Below are positions 19,337 through 28,468 of a stretch of DNA of 64,000 nt, in pieces. Where the stretch lies: assembly GCA_013426185.1 (NCBI GenBank), contig CP058602.1:628549-692548 (forward strand), written 5' to 3'. The position numbers were made by a program, and so were the translations under genes. Under the pieces are notes generated by a model. The model saw only the letters and a list, made by a program, of their open reading frames with translations, was not told the origin of the DNA and ran no database searches. Source of the DNA: Candidatus Woesebacteria bacterium (lineage in GTDB: Bacteria > Patescibacteriota > Microgenomatia > UBA8517). The first letter of the stretch is position 1; each line of letters starts with the position of its first letter.

Positions 19337-22318
19337 TTAAGGTATATTACCACAGTTATTGCTGCACCCGTAAGGTACGTGCTTGGGTATATATGGAACG
19401 TCCATTTTTATATTTTGTCTAAATTCATAATGCAAATGGGGTCCTGTACCATCAGAACCGCTTAGACCTATTATTTGTCCCTTGATTACTTTTTGCCCTG
19501 TTGATACTGATGATGCTGATAGGTGAGCATATCTTGTGATAATTGTTTTGCCGTTACAGGTTGACTCAACGTCTATATAAAGAGGTCTATAGGCGTTACT
19601 AGTTCTTACAACAGTTGCTGTACCCGAGTGCGTGGATATTATAGAATGACCGGTGGTAGCGGCTATGTCTATTGCCTCAACCAGTAAGTGACTAAATATT
19701 CCGCGTGGCCCTTGTGTTATCCTAAGACTCGTCTCCCCGCCCTCTGGCATTATTGGCCAACCACTAGGACATTCTTCTGGAGGATTACCTATTTTGATGG
19801 ATGCAGATCCGGCGCTTGAGACGCTTTCTCCCTCGGCATTTGTAGCAGAAACAGTTATTGTATCTATAGTAAGCGTGTCCTCAAACTGAGGCGAGGTAAA
19901 AGTTTTTTTATAGGTGAAGGTGTAAGGTGATGCTGAGTCTATTGTGCCTATATTGCTACCATTTGGTATTGCTGGATTTGGGTTTGGACAGCTTGGTATG
20001 TTATTCTTTTTTGTTACGTTACAGGTTTCGCTTATTGATATATTTGTTAGAGAACCTTTTTTTGCCTTTATTGTTATTTCGTATGTTATCTCAAGAGGGA
20101 GTTGGTTGTTTTCAAAAGAAAGTTCACTGCTTTTTCCTTTTTCTGGATATTTTTCTGAATAAGCTAGTTTTGCAACTTCTATATATTCGTTTACAACAGC
20201 TCCTGGCCCTAAAGATGCCATTTTTGTTGAAGGAGGATAAACATAAGCTCCAGAATTGATAATAAAAAGAATTATGGCAACAAGAATTGGTATGCCAATA
20301 AAGACAATAAGCATAGGAATAACAAGAGAAGCTAAAACTATATTAGTCAAAGCAAAAAATAGACCTCCCAGAAAAGCACCTATTGATGCAGCTCTTGAGA
20401 CGCTTATTACACCTACTCCGGCAACAAGGTAAAGAGGAGCACCTGTTAAAGCAAATGCTCCTACAAGAATTCCTGCTAGAATGAAAGTAAGTTTGTCTTG
20501 ATTTTTCTTAAGCCAAACTTTTATGAGACTCGCTAGATCCTTAAGCGATAATAGAGCTGTTACTGCTGATATTACTTGTCCAATAGCGGGGATAACGTTT
20601 GCGGCAAGAGCGGCCCCTAGTTTGGTGGCAGCGGCCTTGGCGGCGATTTTGGTGGCGACCTTCGAGCCTAGTTTTGCAGTCATTCCGCTGATAGCTGTGT
20701 TTAATTTGGCAACAGCGGGAATTTTATTTATGAGCTTGTCGAAGGCAAAGTTGAGTATAGGAGAAGACAAAATGTTTGGTGACGAGAAACTGCCAAAATT
20801 TAAAGAAATTGCAATAGGCAGAGATTGTCCTTGTGTGGAAATACCTATGGTGGCAAGTTGTGTGTCTAGCCAGCCGGTGCTAACAGTTACTACTTGCCCT
20901 TGGGGGGGTGGCAATTTTTTACCGGTGATAAAGCTAAAAGCTCGTGTAGCAGAGGAAACTTTGCCCGCTACTTTTTTAATTTCAGTCTCAAGACGAGCTT
21001 TTTCTGGTTTACTTAGCTGATTGTATGTTTTTTCATCTAAAATAGCATTTTTAATTTGCTTTTCCAAAGTTTGAAAGGAGACAACTTGTTCTAAAAATTC
21101 AGTTAAATTTACATTTATTCCTCCTTCTGGTATTTTCCCTTCCGGCGCAGCTTCAAGTTTTCTTATTTGAGGAGGAATAAAAAAGGGCGACCAGTCTTGG
21201 CCGAATGCTTGATTAACAAAATTAGTGGCAATAGTAGAGTCTTTTTCTAGAGAGTATAGGGCTTCAAGAGATATTCTACTAATTTCCTCTCTTGCTTTTG
21301 CGTCAGGTATTATTTTTGCTAGTTCTTCATTTTTTGGATTAGCAAAGAAAGCTAGTGTTTCAAAAGGCGAAGAATCAATAGTTATTTTTGGGTCTTTAGG
21401 ATCAATGTTTAATAATTTTAGGGTGAAAGTTTTTGCGACGATTTCAGCAGATTCTGTTTCTAAAGGATTTTCAGGATTTAATTTTGATGTTTCTATAATC
21501 CTTTCTTTTAGTTGGTCGGCAAAATTTTGTGGATCTTGGTGAGCTAATTTAACTATTTCCAGTTGTTCTTTGCTTAGTTTTATTGTTGGTTCAGGGAGAG
21601 GAGAGTAGAGATTTGTTTCTAGTGATTTTGTCTCTGTTTTTTTAATTTCAACTTCCTCTCTTTTTAATATTGACCCTACTCTTTTTAGTAGAGTTTTGCT
21701 TGAATTGGTTTTTGCTATTGTTGTTTCTGGTGTTTTTTGGAAAGGTAATATGTTAGGATTAAGAGTTTCTTTCTGAACTGCTGTTGTTTCTTTAGACAGG
21801 ATGCTTTCAGTAGGTTTAATTGAATTTGGCTGTGATGTTGATTGTTCTTGGGTTTTTGCTTGAGGGATTTTGGGTGTAGTTGTTTCTAAAATGTTAGTAG
21901 TATCTGTATCTTCTTTTACAGAAGTTTTTTCCGAAGATTTTGGTTGTTCTTTTCCTTGTGCTTTTGTAGATGAATCTTTAGCCTGGGGTATTACTGGTAG
22001 TGCTTCTTTTTTTTGTCCTGAGGCTTTTTCGTACAATGTAACTAAGTCTTCTATATTGACAGGTACTGTTGAATAGACTTCTTCTCCGCGATCTAAGGCA
22101 ATTTTCCATCCCCTTACAATTTGTATCGCGTCTTGAATACTTTCGGCTTGGGTTGCTTCTAGAAGTTTTTGTTCAAAAGTTTCTTTGTTTTGTCCAGAAT
22201 AAAAAACTGCGGGAGCAACTTTTTGATCTTCTGGATAAAATTGGTCTGGAAAGAAAGCAACACATCCGTTGTACAAGAAATCAACAACTTCTTTGCTTAG
22301 TTCGTATTTTTCTGTCAT
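19337..22318 (-). CDS. Large membrane protein with C-terminal M23 peptidase
   Basis: H..AIDI, RYAHLS, GPHLHYE; central Ala-rich and TM segments. Confidence 0.8.
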   Translation of the reverse strand: MTEKYELSKEVVDFLYNGCVAFFPDQFYPEDQKVAPAVFYSGQNKETFEQKLLEATQAESIQDAIQIVRGWKIALDRGEEVYSTVPVNIEDLVTLYEKASGQKKEALPVIPQAKDSSTKAQGKEQPKSSEKTSVKEDTDTTNILETTTPKIPQAKTQEQSTSQPNSIKPTESILSKETTAVQKETLNPNILPFQKTPETTIAKTNSSKTLLKRVGSILKREEVEIKKTETKSLETNLYSPLPEPTIKLSKEQLEIVKLAHQDPQNFADQLKERIIETSKLNPENPLETESAEIVAKTFTLKLLNIDPKDPKITIDSSPFETLAFFANPKNEELAKIIPDAKAREEISRISLEALYSLEKDSTIATNFVNQAFGQDWSPFFIPPQIRKLEAAPEGKIPEGGINVNLTEFLEQVVSFQTLEKQIKNAILDEKTYNQLSKPEKARLETEIKKVAGKVSSATRAFSFITGKKLPPPQGQVVTVSTGWLDTQLATIGISTQGQSLPIAISLNFGSFSSPNILSSPILNFAFDKLINKIPAVAKLNTAISGMTAKLGSKVATKIAAKAAATKLGAALAANVIPAIGQVISAVTALLSLKDLASLIKVWLKKNQDKLTFILAGILVGAFALTGAPLYLVAGVGVISVSRAASIGAFLGGLFFALTNIVLASLVIPMLIVFIGIPILVAIILFIINSGAYVYPPSTKMASLGPGAVVNEYIEVAKLAYSEKYPEKGKSSELSFENNQLPLEITYEITIKAKKGSLTNISISETCNVTKKNNIPSCPNPNPAIPNGSNIGTIDSASPYTFTYKKTFTSPQFEDTLTIDTITVSATNAEGESVSSAGSASIKIGNPPEECPSGWPIMPEGGETSLRITQGPRGIFSHLLVEAIDIAATTGHSIISTHSGTATVVRTSNAYRPLYIDVESTCNGKTIITRYAHLSASSVSTGQKVIKGQIIGLSGSDGTGPHLHYEFRQNIKMDVPYIPKHVPYGCSNNCGNIP

Positions 22319-22320
22319 CT

Positions 22321-24300
22321 TTATTGAATAATATCAGTTTTAATAGATATTTTTGGTTGCTCTTGTTGTGTCTGATTAAGTGCCACGTCACTTTTATTTG
22401 ATAATTCTATTGGGTTACTGGTTATAAGTTGATGTTCCTCAGGTGAAGCAACTACTCTAATAGGAGCATGGTGCGGGCCGGCGAAGAAGATTCCCTCTCC
22501 AACATTGGCTGAAAGCAAGAGCTGCTTTTCTCCTTGTGAGAGATAAAAAACTTCACCCACGCGGTCTATAGCAGTTGGCGATTGTTTTAATAGGACTCTT
22601 AGGGCGCTGTTTGTTACAATGGCTTTACCAATATCTTGAGAAAGGAAATCTTCTACATCTTGAGTAATAGTTGTTAATCCTAGGAAGTATTTTCTTGCTC
22701 TTTTAACAACGCTCCATAAAAACTGGGCTGAATCTTCATATCTCATCATATGCCAGGCTTCGTCAACAATTAGAATTCTTCTTTTGAGGTTTCTTTGTAC
22801 ACGAGTCCAAATAAAATCAAGAATCATAAACATAGCAATAGGGCGAAGAGCCTCTTGCATATCTTTAACTGAAAAAACTGTAAAGGGATTATTGATGTCT
22901 ATATTTGTTTGTTTGTCGAAAATGCCCACAAAACTTCCTTTGACAAATCTTTCTATTCTTGAAGCAAGATCAAGCGCATCTTGAGTTTCCATACCAATTA
23001 ATGTTTTATAAAGATCTTCCATAAGGGGGGGTTCTTTTTTTTGGGTACTAGGATCTTGGGTTATACCCTTTGCGTGGTATGTTGCCACTATGGCGCGGTC
23101 AAGAAGGGCTTCTTTGATAGGGTCAAGCTTCCCCATAATAACTTTAAAGAATGAATGCAGAGTGAGAATTTTTAAGCCTAGTTGATTTTCTCCCTCTGTG
23201 TAAACTTGAGAGAGATCAAAAGGATTAATCTTTGAGGGAGAGTTGAAAGAAAAGGAAATATATTCTCCTCCTACCGCCTCGCAAAGAGGTTTGTATTCTG
23301 CTTCAGGATCAAGAATGATTACTTCGGTTCCAAGCATTAAACTTCTAACAGACTCTAGTTTTACAAAGTATGATTTTCCTGCTCCAGAAGTTGCAAAAAT
23401 TGTCATATTTGAATTTTCAAGAGAAAATCGGTCAAAGATAATAAATGAGCCGTTTTGTGAATTAATGCCATATAAAACACCTTCATCTGATGAAAGTTCA
23501 GCTGATGTTAAAGGAAAGGTAGTAGCAAGAGAGGTTGAATCCATGTTGCGGGTTATTGCTAGTTTGTTAAAGCCGAAGGGAACTGTGGTTAAAAAGCCAT
23601 TTTCCATATCAAGTGTTGCTTTTTTGGCGATAATCATCAACGAGCCAAGGGTTGACTCTACCTGTTTTGTAATATGATCTAATTCTTCTATGGTCGCAGC
23701 TGGTATGGTTATGTAAAATGCAAACTCAAAAAATCTTTCAGCACCTTTTACTAATTGTTCTTGGAGGGTAAGAGCGTCCTCAAGTTTTGCCTGGGTGTTG
23801 GGATCAATTACCTTACCTCTTTCGATATCGGTTGCAATTTCAGCTTCCATTTCAGTAATTTTTCTTCGCAAATCGTCAAGAACACTTTTCCCTTCGATAG
23901 GATAGATATAGAAGGAAATATCAAGAGAATTATTAAAGTTAATTATGGGTTCAAGCCAACCTGGGCTGACAAAGCGTGGATAACCTGAAACAAAGATAGT
24001 TCGAAAATAAGTGTCGTTGATTTTAATATAATCAAAGTCGGTTTCAATAATTTTGGGAGCGATAGCATCAATCAATTCGACCTTTTTGGTAAAAATATCA
24101 ATACTGGGATTACTTATTTCCGGCTTTTCCTCAGTTGATTTTACCGTTGAATCCAAATTTAAATCTTTTACACTATTTTCTTTATTCTCGACTGGTTGAA
24201 GATTGTTTGGTCCATAAGTAGGCTCTGGCGTTTGATAGAGAACTTCTTGATTATCTTTTTTTGTTTCTTCTTTGTTTTTTTTCTTTAAGATGTTAAACAT
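22321..24300 (-). CDS. virB4: VirB4/ConE-like T4SS ATPase
   Basis: ATSGAGKS Walker A, LDPEAEY, INPFD, IVDEAW, KRARKY, TQDVEDF; start at MFNILK. Confidence 0.9.
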   Translation of the reverse strand: MFNILKKKNKEETKKDNQEVLYQTPEPTYGPNNLQPVENKENSVKDLNLDSTVKSTEEKPEISNPSIDIFTKKVELIDAIAPKIIETDFDYIKINDTYFRTIFVSGYPRFVSPGWLEPIINFNNSLDISFYIYPIEGKSVLDDLRRKITEMEAEIATDIERGKVIDPNTQAKLEDALTLQEQLVKGAERFFEFAFYITIPAATIEELDHITKQVESTLGSLMIIAKKATLDMENGFLTTVPFGFNKLAITRNMDSTSLATTFPLTSAELSSDEGVLYGINSQNGSFIIFDRFSLENSNMTIFATSGAGKSYFVKLESVRSLMLGTEVIILDPEAEYKPLCEAVGGEYISFSFNSPSKINPFDLSQVYTEGENQLGLKILTLHSFFKVIMGKLDPIKEALLDRAIVATYHAKGITQDPSTQKKEPPLMEDLYKTLIGMETQDALDLASRIERFVKGSFVGIFDKQTNIDINNPFTVFSVKDMQEALRPIAMFMILDFIWTRVQRNLKRRILIVDEAWHMMRYEDSAQFLWSVVKRARKYFLGLTTITQDVEDFLSQDIGKAIVTNSALRVLLKQSPTAIDRVGEVFYLSQGEKQLLLSANVGEGIFFAGPHHAPIRVVASPEEHQLITSNPIELSNKSDVALNQTQQEQPKISIKTDIIQ

Positions 24301-24988
24301 TTTGATTTTCCTCCTCCTTTTTAGGAACCGGCGGCTTTGAATTAAAAATATTATAGTAGAGATCAATTAATTGGGCTGTAGTTAGCTGTCTTAATGTTAT
24401 ACCCAATCTCCTTGCCTGTCTTATTAAATGATCTCTTTTTGGGTAAAGTGAGATTTTGGCTTTTTTTAAAGCGTAAGATTTTGGGAATGGAAGTTTTTGC
24501 CCTCTTTTTATAATTGTCGAGGCCGATTTGGCTATTCCCATTTCAAGTGGGCTAAAAGGAACAACTATGTAAAAGCTTTTCCCCAATACATTTCTTTTTT
24601 TAATAATTTCATTTACAAAGCTTTTGTAACGACTCATTAAAGAAGCAAGTTTTGGATTTTTAATCTTTTGTTCTGCTGACTCAAGATATTCTATGTATTT
24701 TGAAATATCTTTAATTTGCGAGCGAACAATTATCTGAATTGGGAAAGAAAGCGAGTTTAGAAGCGCAGCATAAGCAAAAATGACTGCTTGTTGTTCTTTT
24801 TCTGAAAGCAAAGAAAAATTAAGAGAAGTTGACTCAAGCACTATTGCAGCTCCGCCATCTTTAAAAAGAACAATATTATCGACAATATCGGCAATGGGTA
24901 GAAAATCTTGAGTAGTAGAAATAATAGGAGTATCGGGCATACTAAGGTAGGGTATTTTTAGAGGTATTTTTTTAATTTTGTCTTTCAT
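24293..24988 (-). CDS. TraC/VirB4 N-terminal-like T4SS accessory protein
   Basis: STTQDFLPIADI, NFSLLSEKEQ, LNSLSFPIQI, FYIVVP; sits between prgI and virB4. Confidence 0.7.
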   Translation of the reverse strand: MKDKIKKIPLKIPYLSMPDTPIISTTQDFLPIADIVDNIVLFKDGGAAIVLESTSLNFSLLSEKEQQAVIFAYAALLNSLSFPIQIIVRSQIKDISKYIEYLESAEQKIKNPKLASLMSRYKSFVNEIIKKRNVLGKSFYIVVPFSPLEMGIAKSASTIIKRGQKLPFPKSYALKKAKISLYPKRDHLIRQARRLGITLRQLTTAQLIDLYYNIFNSKPPVPKKEEENQNV

Positions 24989-24989
24989 A

Positions 24990-26042
24990 TTAGTTAATTG
25001 CATTTGGTGTTGTTTGCGTTGATTTGGCTCTGATTAATATAGGTGGAATGATTTCTCCTTTTGCTTCAAAAGTGGCAGGTTCAAATTCATAACCTTCTTT
25101 CTCAGTAATAATATCGTATTGTCCGTTGGCAAGCGCGGTGACGATCATAAAGTGGCCGAGTTTATTTGACCTTATAGCACGAACAGGTCGGCCGGCAATA
25201 TCTCTTATTTCAAGTATTGCTCCTTCGATAATTTTTCCATTTTGATCTAACACTTGTCCTGTTATCGTGTTCGGAATGGTTGGTGGAAGTGGAGGTGCTG
25301 CTTCGGCTGAAAACTGAACTTGCTGTGATGCTTTTGGTGGCTCTTTTAGTATAGGAGTAACCTGTTGAAGGGATAAGGAAGGCTGTGCGTTTGGTTGTGT
25401 TTCAGCTATTTTTTCTTCGACAACGATTTTGGGTCTGAACGATTTTGGTTGGGTAGTGGGTGCAACTACTGTCTGAGGTCTAACGGGCGCTTGATTAATA
25501 ACTACTGGAGTGGGAGTAGGAGTAGCAACTTGAGCCTGGTTTGCGGATTGACCTTCTTTGATGACCACATTTCCTTGTCTGAAAAGGCTCAATATTCTTG
25601 AGAGAAAATTTTCCTCACCGCTTTCTAATTTATTAAGAGCTCCCTCGTTTTCAGTTGGCACTTTTTTAAGGTATTCTTCAACTTTTTGTTCAGCTTGTGT
25701 TTGTGGAGCTTGAGCTTGAGCCATCTCTTCGTCTTGAAAGAATTTGTAGCCAGCTTGGTTTTTTTGCCAAAGGTAAATGGTAGGGGAATATACAGAGCGA
25801 AAGAAGGCAATTATCCAACGGCTCAACGGCCTTTCTTCAAAAGGTAAAAATGCAAGAGCTGCTCCAAGCGAAACAGAAAACAAAATTAATGGCCATTTGA
25901 TAAAAGGATGAAGGCCAGTTGAATAGATTAAAAGACCCACTAAAGCTCCACCCCCAAGCTGGAAGAATTGTTTTAAAGTCATATCTCCTACCAATCTGAA
26001 CTGGTAGGAACTTATCTGTTGTGGTATCGGATGAGTCTCCAT
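24990..26042 (-). CDS. PrgI family protein with C-terminal carboxypeptidase-regulatory-like domain
   Basis: HPIPQQISSYQFRLVGDMTLKQF, two TMs, ITGQVLD...SNKLGHF. Confidence 0.8.
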   Translation of the reverse strand: METHPIPQQISSYQFRLVGDMTLKQFFQLGGGALVGLLIYSTGLHPFIKWPLILFSVSLGAALAFLPFEERPLSRWIIAFFRSVYSPTIYLWQKNQAGYKFFQDEEMAQAQAPQTQAEQKVEEYLKKVPTENEGALNKLESGEENFLSRILSLFRQGNVVIKEGQSANQAQVATPTPTPVVINQAPVRPQTVVAPTTQPKSFRPKIVVEEKIAETQPNAQPSLSLQQVTPILKEPPKASQQVQFSAEAAPPLPPTIPNTITGQVLDQNGKIIEGAILEIRDIAGRPVRAIRSNKLGHFMIVTALANGQYDIITEKEGYEFEPATFEAKGEIIPPILIRAKSTQTTPNAIN

Positions 26043-26046
26043 TTTC

Positions 26047-26081
26047 AGGTAAAAGGCAAGAGGTAAAAGGTAAAAGTAAAG
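26047..26081. repeat. Heptamer repeat (GGTAAAA)n, downstream flank of the four-helix-bundle gene
   Basis: AGGTAAAAGGCAAGAGGTAAAAGGTAAAAG; inverted relative to 26466-26490; 28/30 identical to 52321-52350. Confidence 0.85.
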
Positions 26082-26084
26082 ATT

Positions 26085-26459
26085 TTATATCTTTTCTCTT
26101 GCCCTTTTTCTTGATCCATATAATAATTTTTTGTTCTCAACAATTAGATTTGATACCTCGTTAAAATCATCTTTTCCTATATATTTTAATTCCAGAGATA
26201 TATCAATTAAGACTTCAAGCTCAGTCAAAGAGCCTATTGAGATCGTAAGGAACCTTGAATATTCTTTAGGTTTTTCTTTTATATAACCTTCTACAATATT
26301 GGCAACGACTGATATTGCTGCCCTTCTTATTTGAGGAACAAGGCAGTAAAATTCTTCTTTGGGATAGGAATTTGTGAGGCGGTATATCATTAGAACTAAT
26401 TGTTTTGCTTTTTGATAGGAAATTAATTTCTGATAACTTGTCTTTTGTTGTTTTTCCAT
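26085..26459 (-). CDS. Four helix bundle protein (23S rRNA IVP / TIGR02436-like)
   Basis: YQKLISYQKA, YPKEEFYCLVPQIRRAAISVVANIVEG, FLTISIGSLTEL. Confidence 0.9.
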   Translation of the reverse strand: MEKQQKTSYQKLISYQKAKQLVLMIYRLTNSYPKEEFYCLVPQIRRAAISVVANIVEGYIKEKPKEYSRFLTISIGSLTELEVLIDISLELKYIGKDDFNEVSNLIVENKKLLYGSRKRAREKI

Positions 26460-26465
26460 AGTATT

Positions 26466-26490
26466 CCTTTTAACTTTTAACTTTTACCTA
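26466..26490. repeat. Heptamer repeat (CTTTTAA)n, upstream flank of the four-helix-bundle gene
   Basis: CCTTTTAACTTTTAACTTTTACCTA; 21 nt identical to 6980-7000. Confidence 0.85.
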
Positions 26491-26544
26491 CATATAACTT
26501 TACCCCGTGAAGAGTCTTGTGCAACCCCTCAAAGGTTTTCACAG

Positions 26545-28449
26545 GTGGATAAAAATGATATAATAATCCAAATGACAGAAGGAGAACAACAAATACCAAG
26601 GGCTGAATCTGCACCTAAAGGGTTGGTTCCCGAAAAGTACCTTGCTTTTAAAGGGTCACTGTTTTTCGGGACTGAGGATGAATTGAATAGTTTTAAAGAG
26701 GGATTAAAAGATTTATCAGATCCGGAGCGAGAGATTGGGGAAAGAGTTTTGAAGTTGCATAGGATAATGGCAGGTTTATCCACATCTTCGCTACAAGGTG
26801 AATTAGAAGAGATTTATAAGACAGCTAAAGATAACAATTTACCTGATGATAATGAGTTGTTTGTTTTTGCCGCTTCGGTTCTTTCAACCGAGATAGGACA
26901 GAGAATGACATCTTCCGGTCAGGGTCGTGTTGTAGGTGGAGAGGAAAGAGATCCTGCGTTGAATGATTTGCTAGAAATAAATAGACAACTTCTTAAAGCA
27001 ACGACAGGGCAGTTGGAATTACAAAAACAACAAATGGAGTTATTGAGGCGCTCTGGTTTTTCTGGCTTTGTTTCTGCAATGCAAGCAAGAGCGGGTATAA
27101 ATGTCCAGCAGTTTGATACAGAACCTCCGGTTTGGTATGACAGACTTTCTGATGAGTGGAAAAGAGTTGTTAGAACAAATCTGGGCATTTTGATGGGGGC
27201 TTATCTAAAGTTCAGATCGCCTGGCCAGGGGGCGGAATTGATTATAAAGTCTGAAGATATTCGTATCGAGAGGGAGGCCTTGGCTTTTATGTGGGAGAAT
27301 CTACCTGGTTTTAGGATGACCATTGCTACTATTGTTTCTGAATTGTTTGAGGATAGCGAGGGTAAGATGGTGCTCACCAAAGATGGTAAAGACAAATTAG
27401 CAGACACTCCTGCTTATATATCTTCTTTATTGGCGAGATTAAAGAAATATTTTTCAGAAAATCCCGATAGTCTTATGTTGTATTCACAAACTCTTGGGCC
27501 TGAAGATATAAACCCTGATGTTGCCGCCCGATTTGCTGTTTCTGCTGCCTTTAATTTGCTTTATTTGGGTGGTGCTTTTGAATCTGGTGATTTGGGTAAA
27601 GGCCTAAAGGATTCTTATTCTTTTAATCCTTCTGTGAGGACTTTTTGTTTACCTCGAGATCAGGCAAGGTCAAAATACATTTCAGGTGAAGAAGATATAA
27701 TTGGAACAGATGAGGCATGGGGGGGTAAATTGGGAGAGTGGTTTGCCGAGAGAATTAGGCACAAACCCCAATTTAAGCAAGACTTTTTAAACAACAAGGG
27801 AATAACTAGGCTTATGCCTCAAAGATTAATGTATAGTTTGTTTGATTTAACTTACTTTAAAAATGGAGAAACCCTTTCTAAAGCATTATTGTCAATTTTG
27901 TCTCCTGAAAATAGAAGAGAGATTTCAGGTATGGTTGACTATACAGATCCCAACCTGGTTAATTTTAGAGACCTCAAGTATCCAGAGCTTTGGGGCGGAT
28001 ATTCTGATTTAATGGATTCTGCTTTTAAGGTCTATCAGGCAATAATTGGTAAGGCGGACAAGGAATTTGACCGGCAGGCTCTGGCCAACTCTCTTTCAAA
28101 GTTGAGAAAAGATCCTACTTTGAAGGGTATCTATACGGGAGAAAATGGTGAGTGGGTGGTATTAGCCGCTTTGACCTCTCTTCTTGGCGGTCCTAATTTG
28201 TATAGTTCTGAGATACTTTTAAGATTGCCGGATGAAAGTTATGATTATTCGGTTTGGGAATGGCTTGATGATGACAGAGTTTTAGCCGCCTTGCCGAGTG
28301 GGGCAAGAGAAAGGATTTTTAGAGCTTTAAACGCGAAAAATCTAGATTCTACTGTTGATGCATTTTCATCTTTATTTAGCGGCTCCTTTTTGGGTAGAAG
28401 AGAATCTTTAAGAAGGAGAATAAGAAAGGAACAGAAAAGGTGGCGTTAG
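26545..28449 (+). CDS. Hypothetical 634-aa protein, opposite strand to the T4SS cluster
   Basis: Long ORF with no motif I recognise; start uncertain (GTG 26545 or a later ATG). Confidence 0.7.
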   Translation: MDKNDIIIQMTEGEQQIPRAESAPKGLVPEKYLAFKGSLFFGTEDELNSFKEGLKDLSDPEREIGERVLKLHRIMAGLSTSSLQGELEEIYKTAKDNNLPDDNELFVFAASVLSTEIGQRMTSSGQGRVVGGEERDPALNDLLEINRQLLKATTGQLELQKQQMELLRRSGFSGFVSAMQARAGINVQQFDTEPPVWYDRLSDEWKRVVRTNLGILMGAYLKFRSPGQGAELIIKSEDIRIEREALAFMWENLPGFRMTIATIVSELFEDSEGKMVLTKDGKDKLADTPAYISSLLARLKKYFSENPDSLMLYSQTLGPEDINPDVAARFAVSAAFNLLYLGGAFESGDLGKGLKDSYSFNPSVRTFCLPRDQARSKYISGEEDIIGTDEAWGGKLGEWFAERIRHKPQFKQDFLNNKGITRLMPQRLMYSLFDLTYFKNGETLSKALLSILSPENRREISGMVDYTDPNLVNFRDLKYPELWGGYSDLMDSAFKVYQAIIGKADKEFDRQALANSLSKLRKDPTLKGIYTGENGEWVVLAALTSLLGGPNLYSSEILLRLPDESYDYSVWEWLDDDRVLAALPSGARERIFRALNAKNLDSTVDAFSSLFSGSFLGRRESLRRRIRKEQKRWR

Positions 28450-28468
28450 CCCATGTTTTTGATAGTAG

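Noticed and set aside
20523-23677. Longer antisense ORFs (e.g. 20523-21020, 23243-23677) and similar shadows across the window
   Set aside because: They lie opposite well-supported genes and carry no motifs; typical shadow ORFs
26085-26459. Diversity-generating retroelement (Avd-like gene near pilins)
   Set aside because: No reverse transcriptase in the window and no TR/VR pair differing at adenines was seen
26776-26784. Perfect DnaA box TTATCCACA inside the 634-aa ORF
   Set aside because: Isolated 9-mer in coding sequence, compatible with chance in AT-rich DNA
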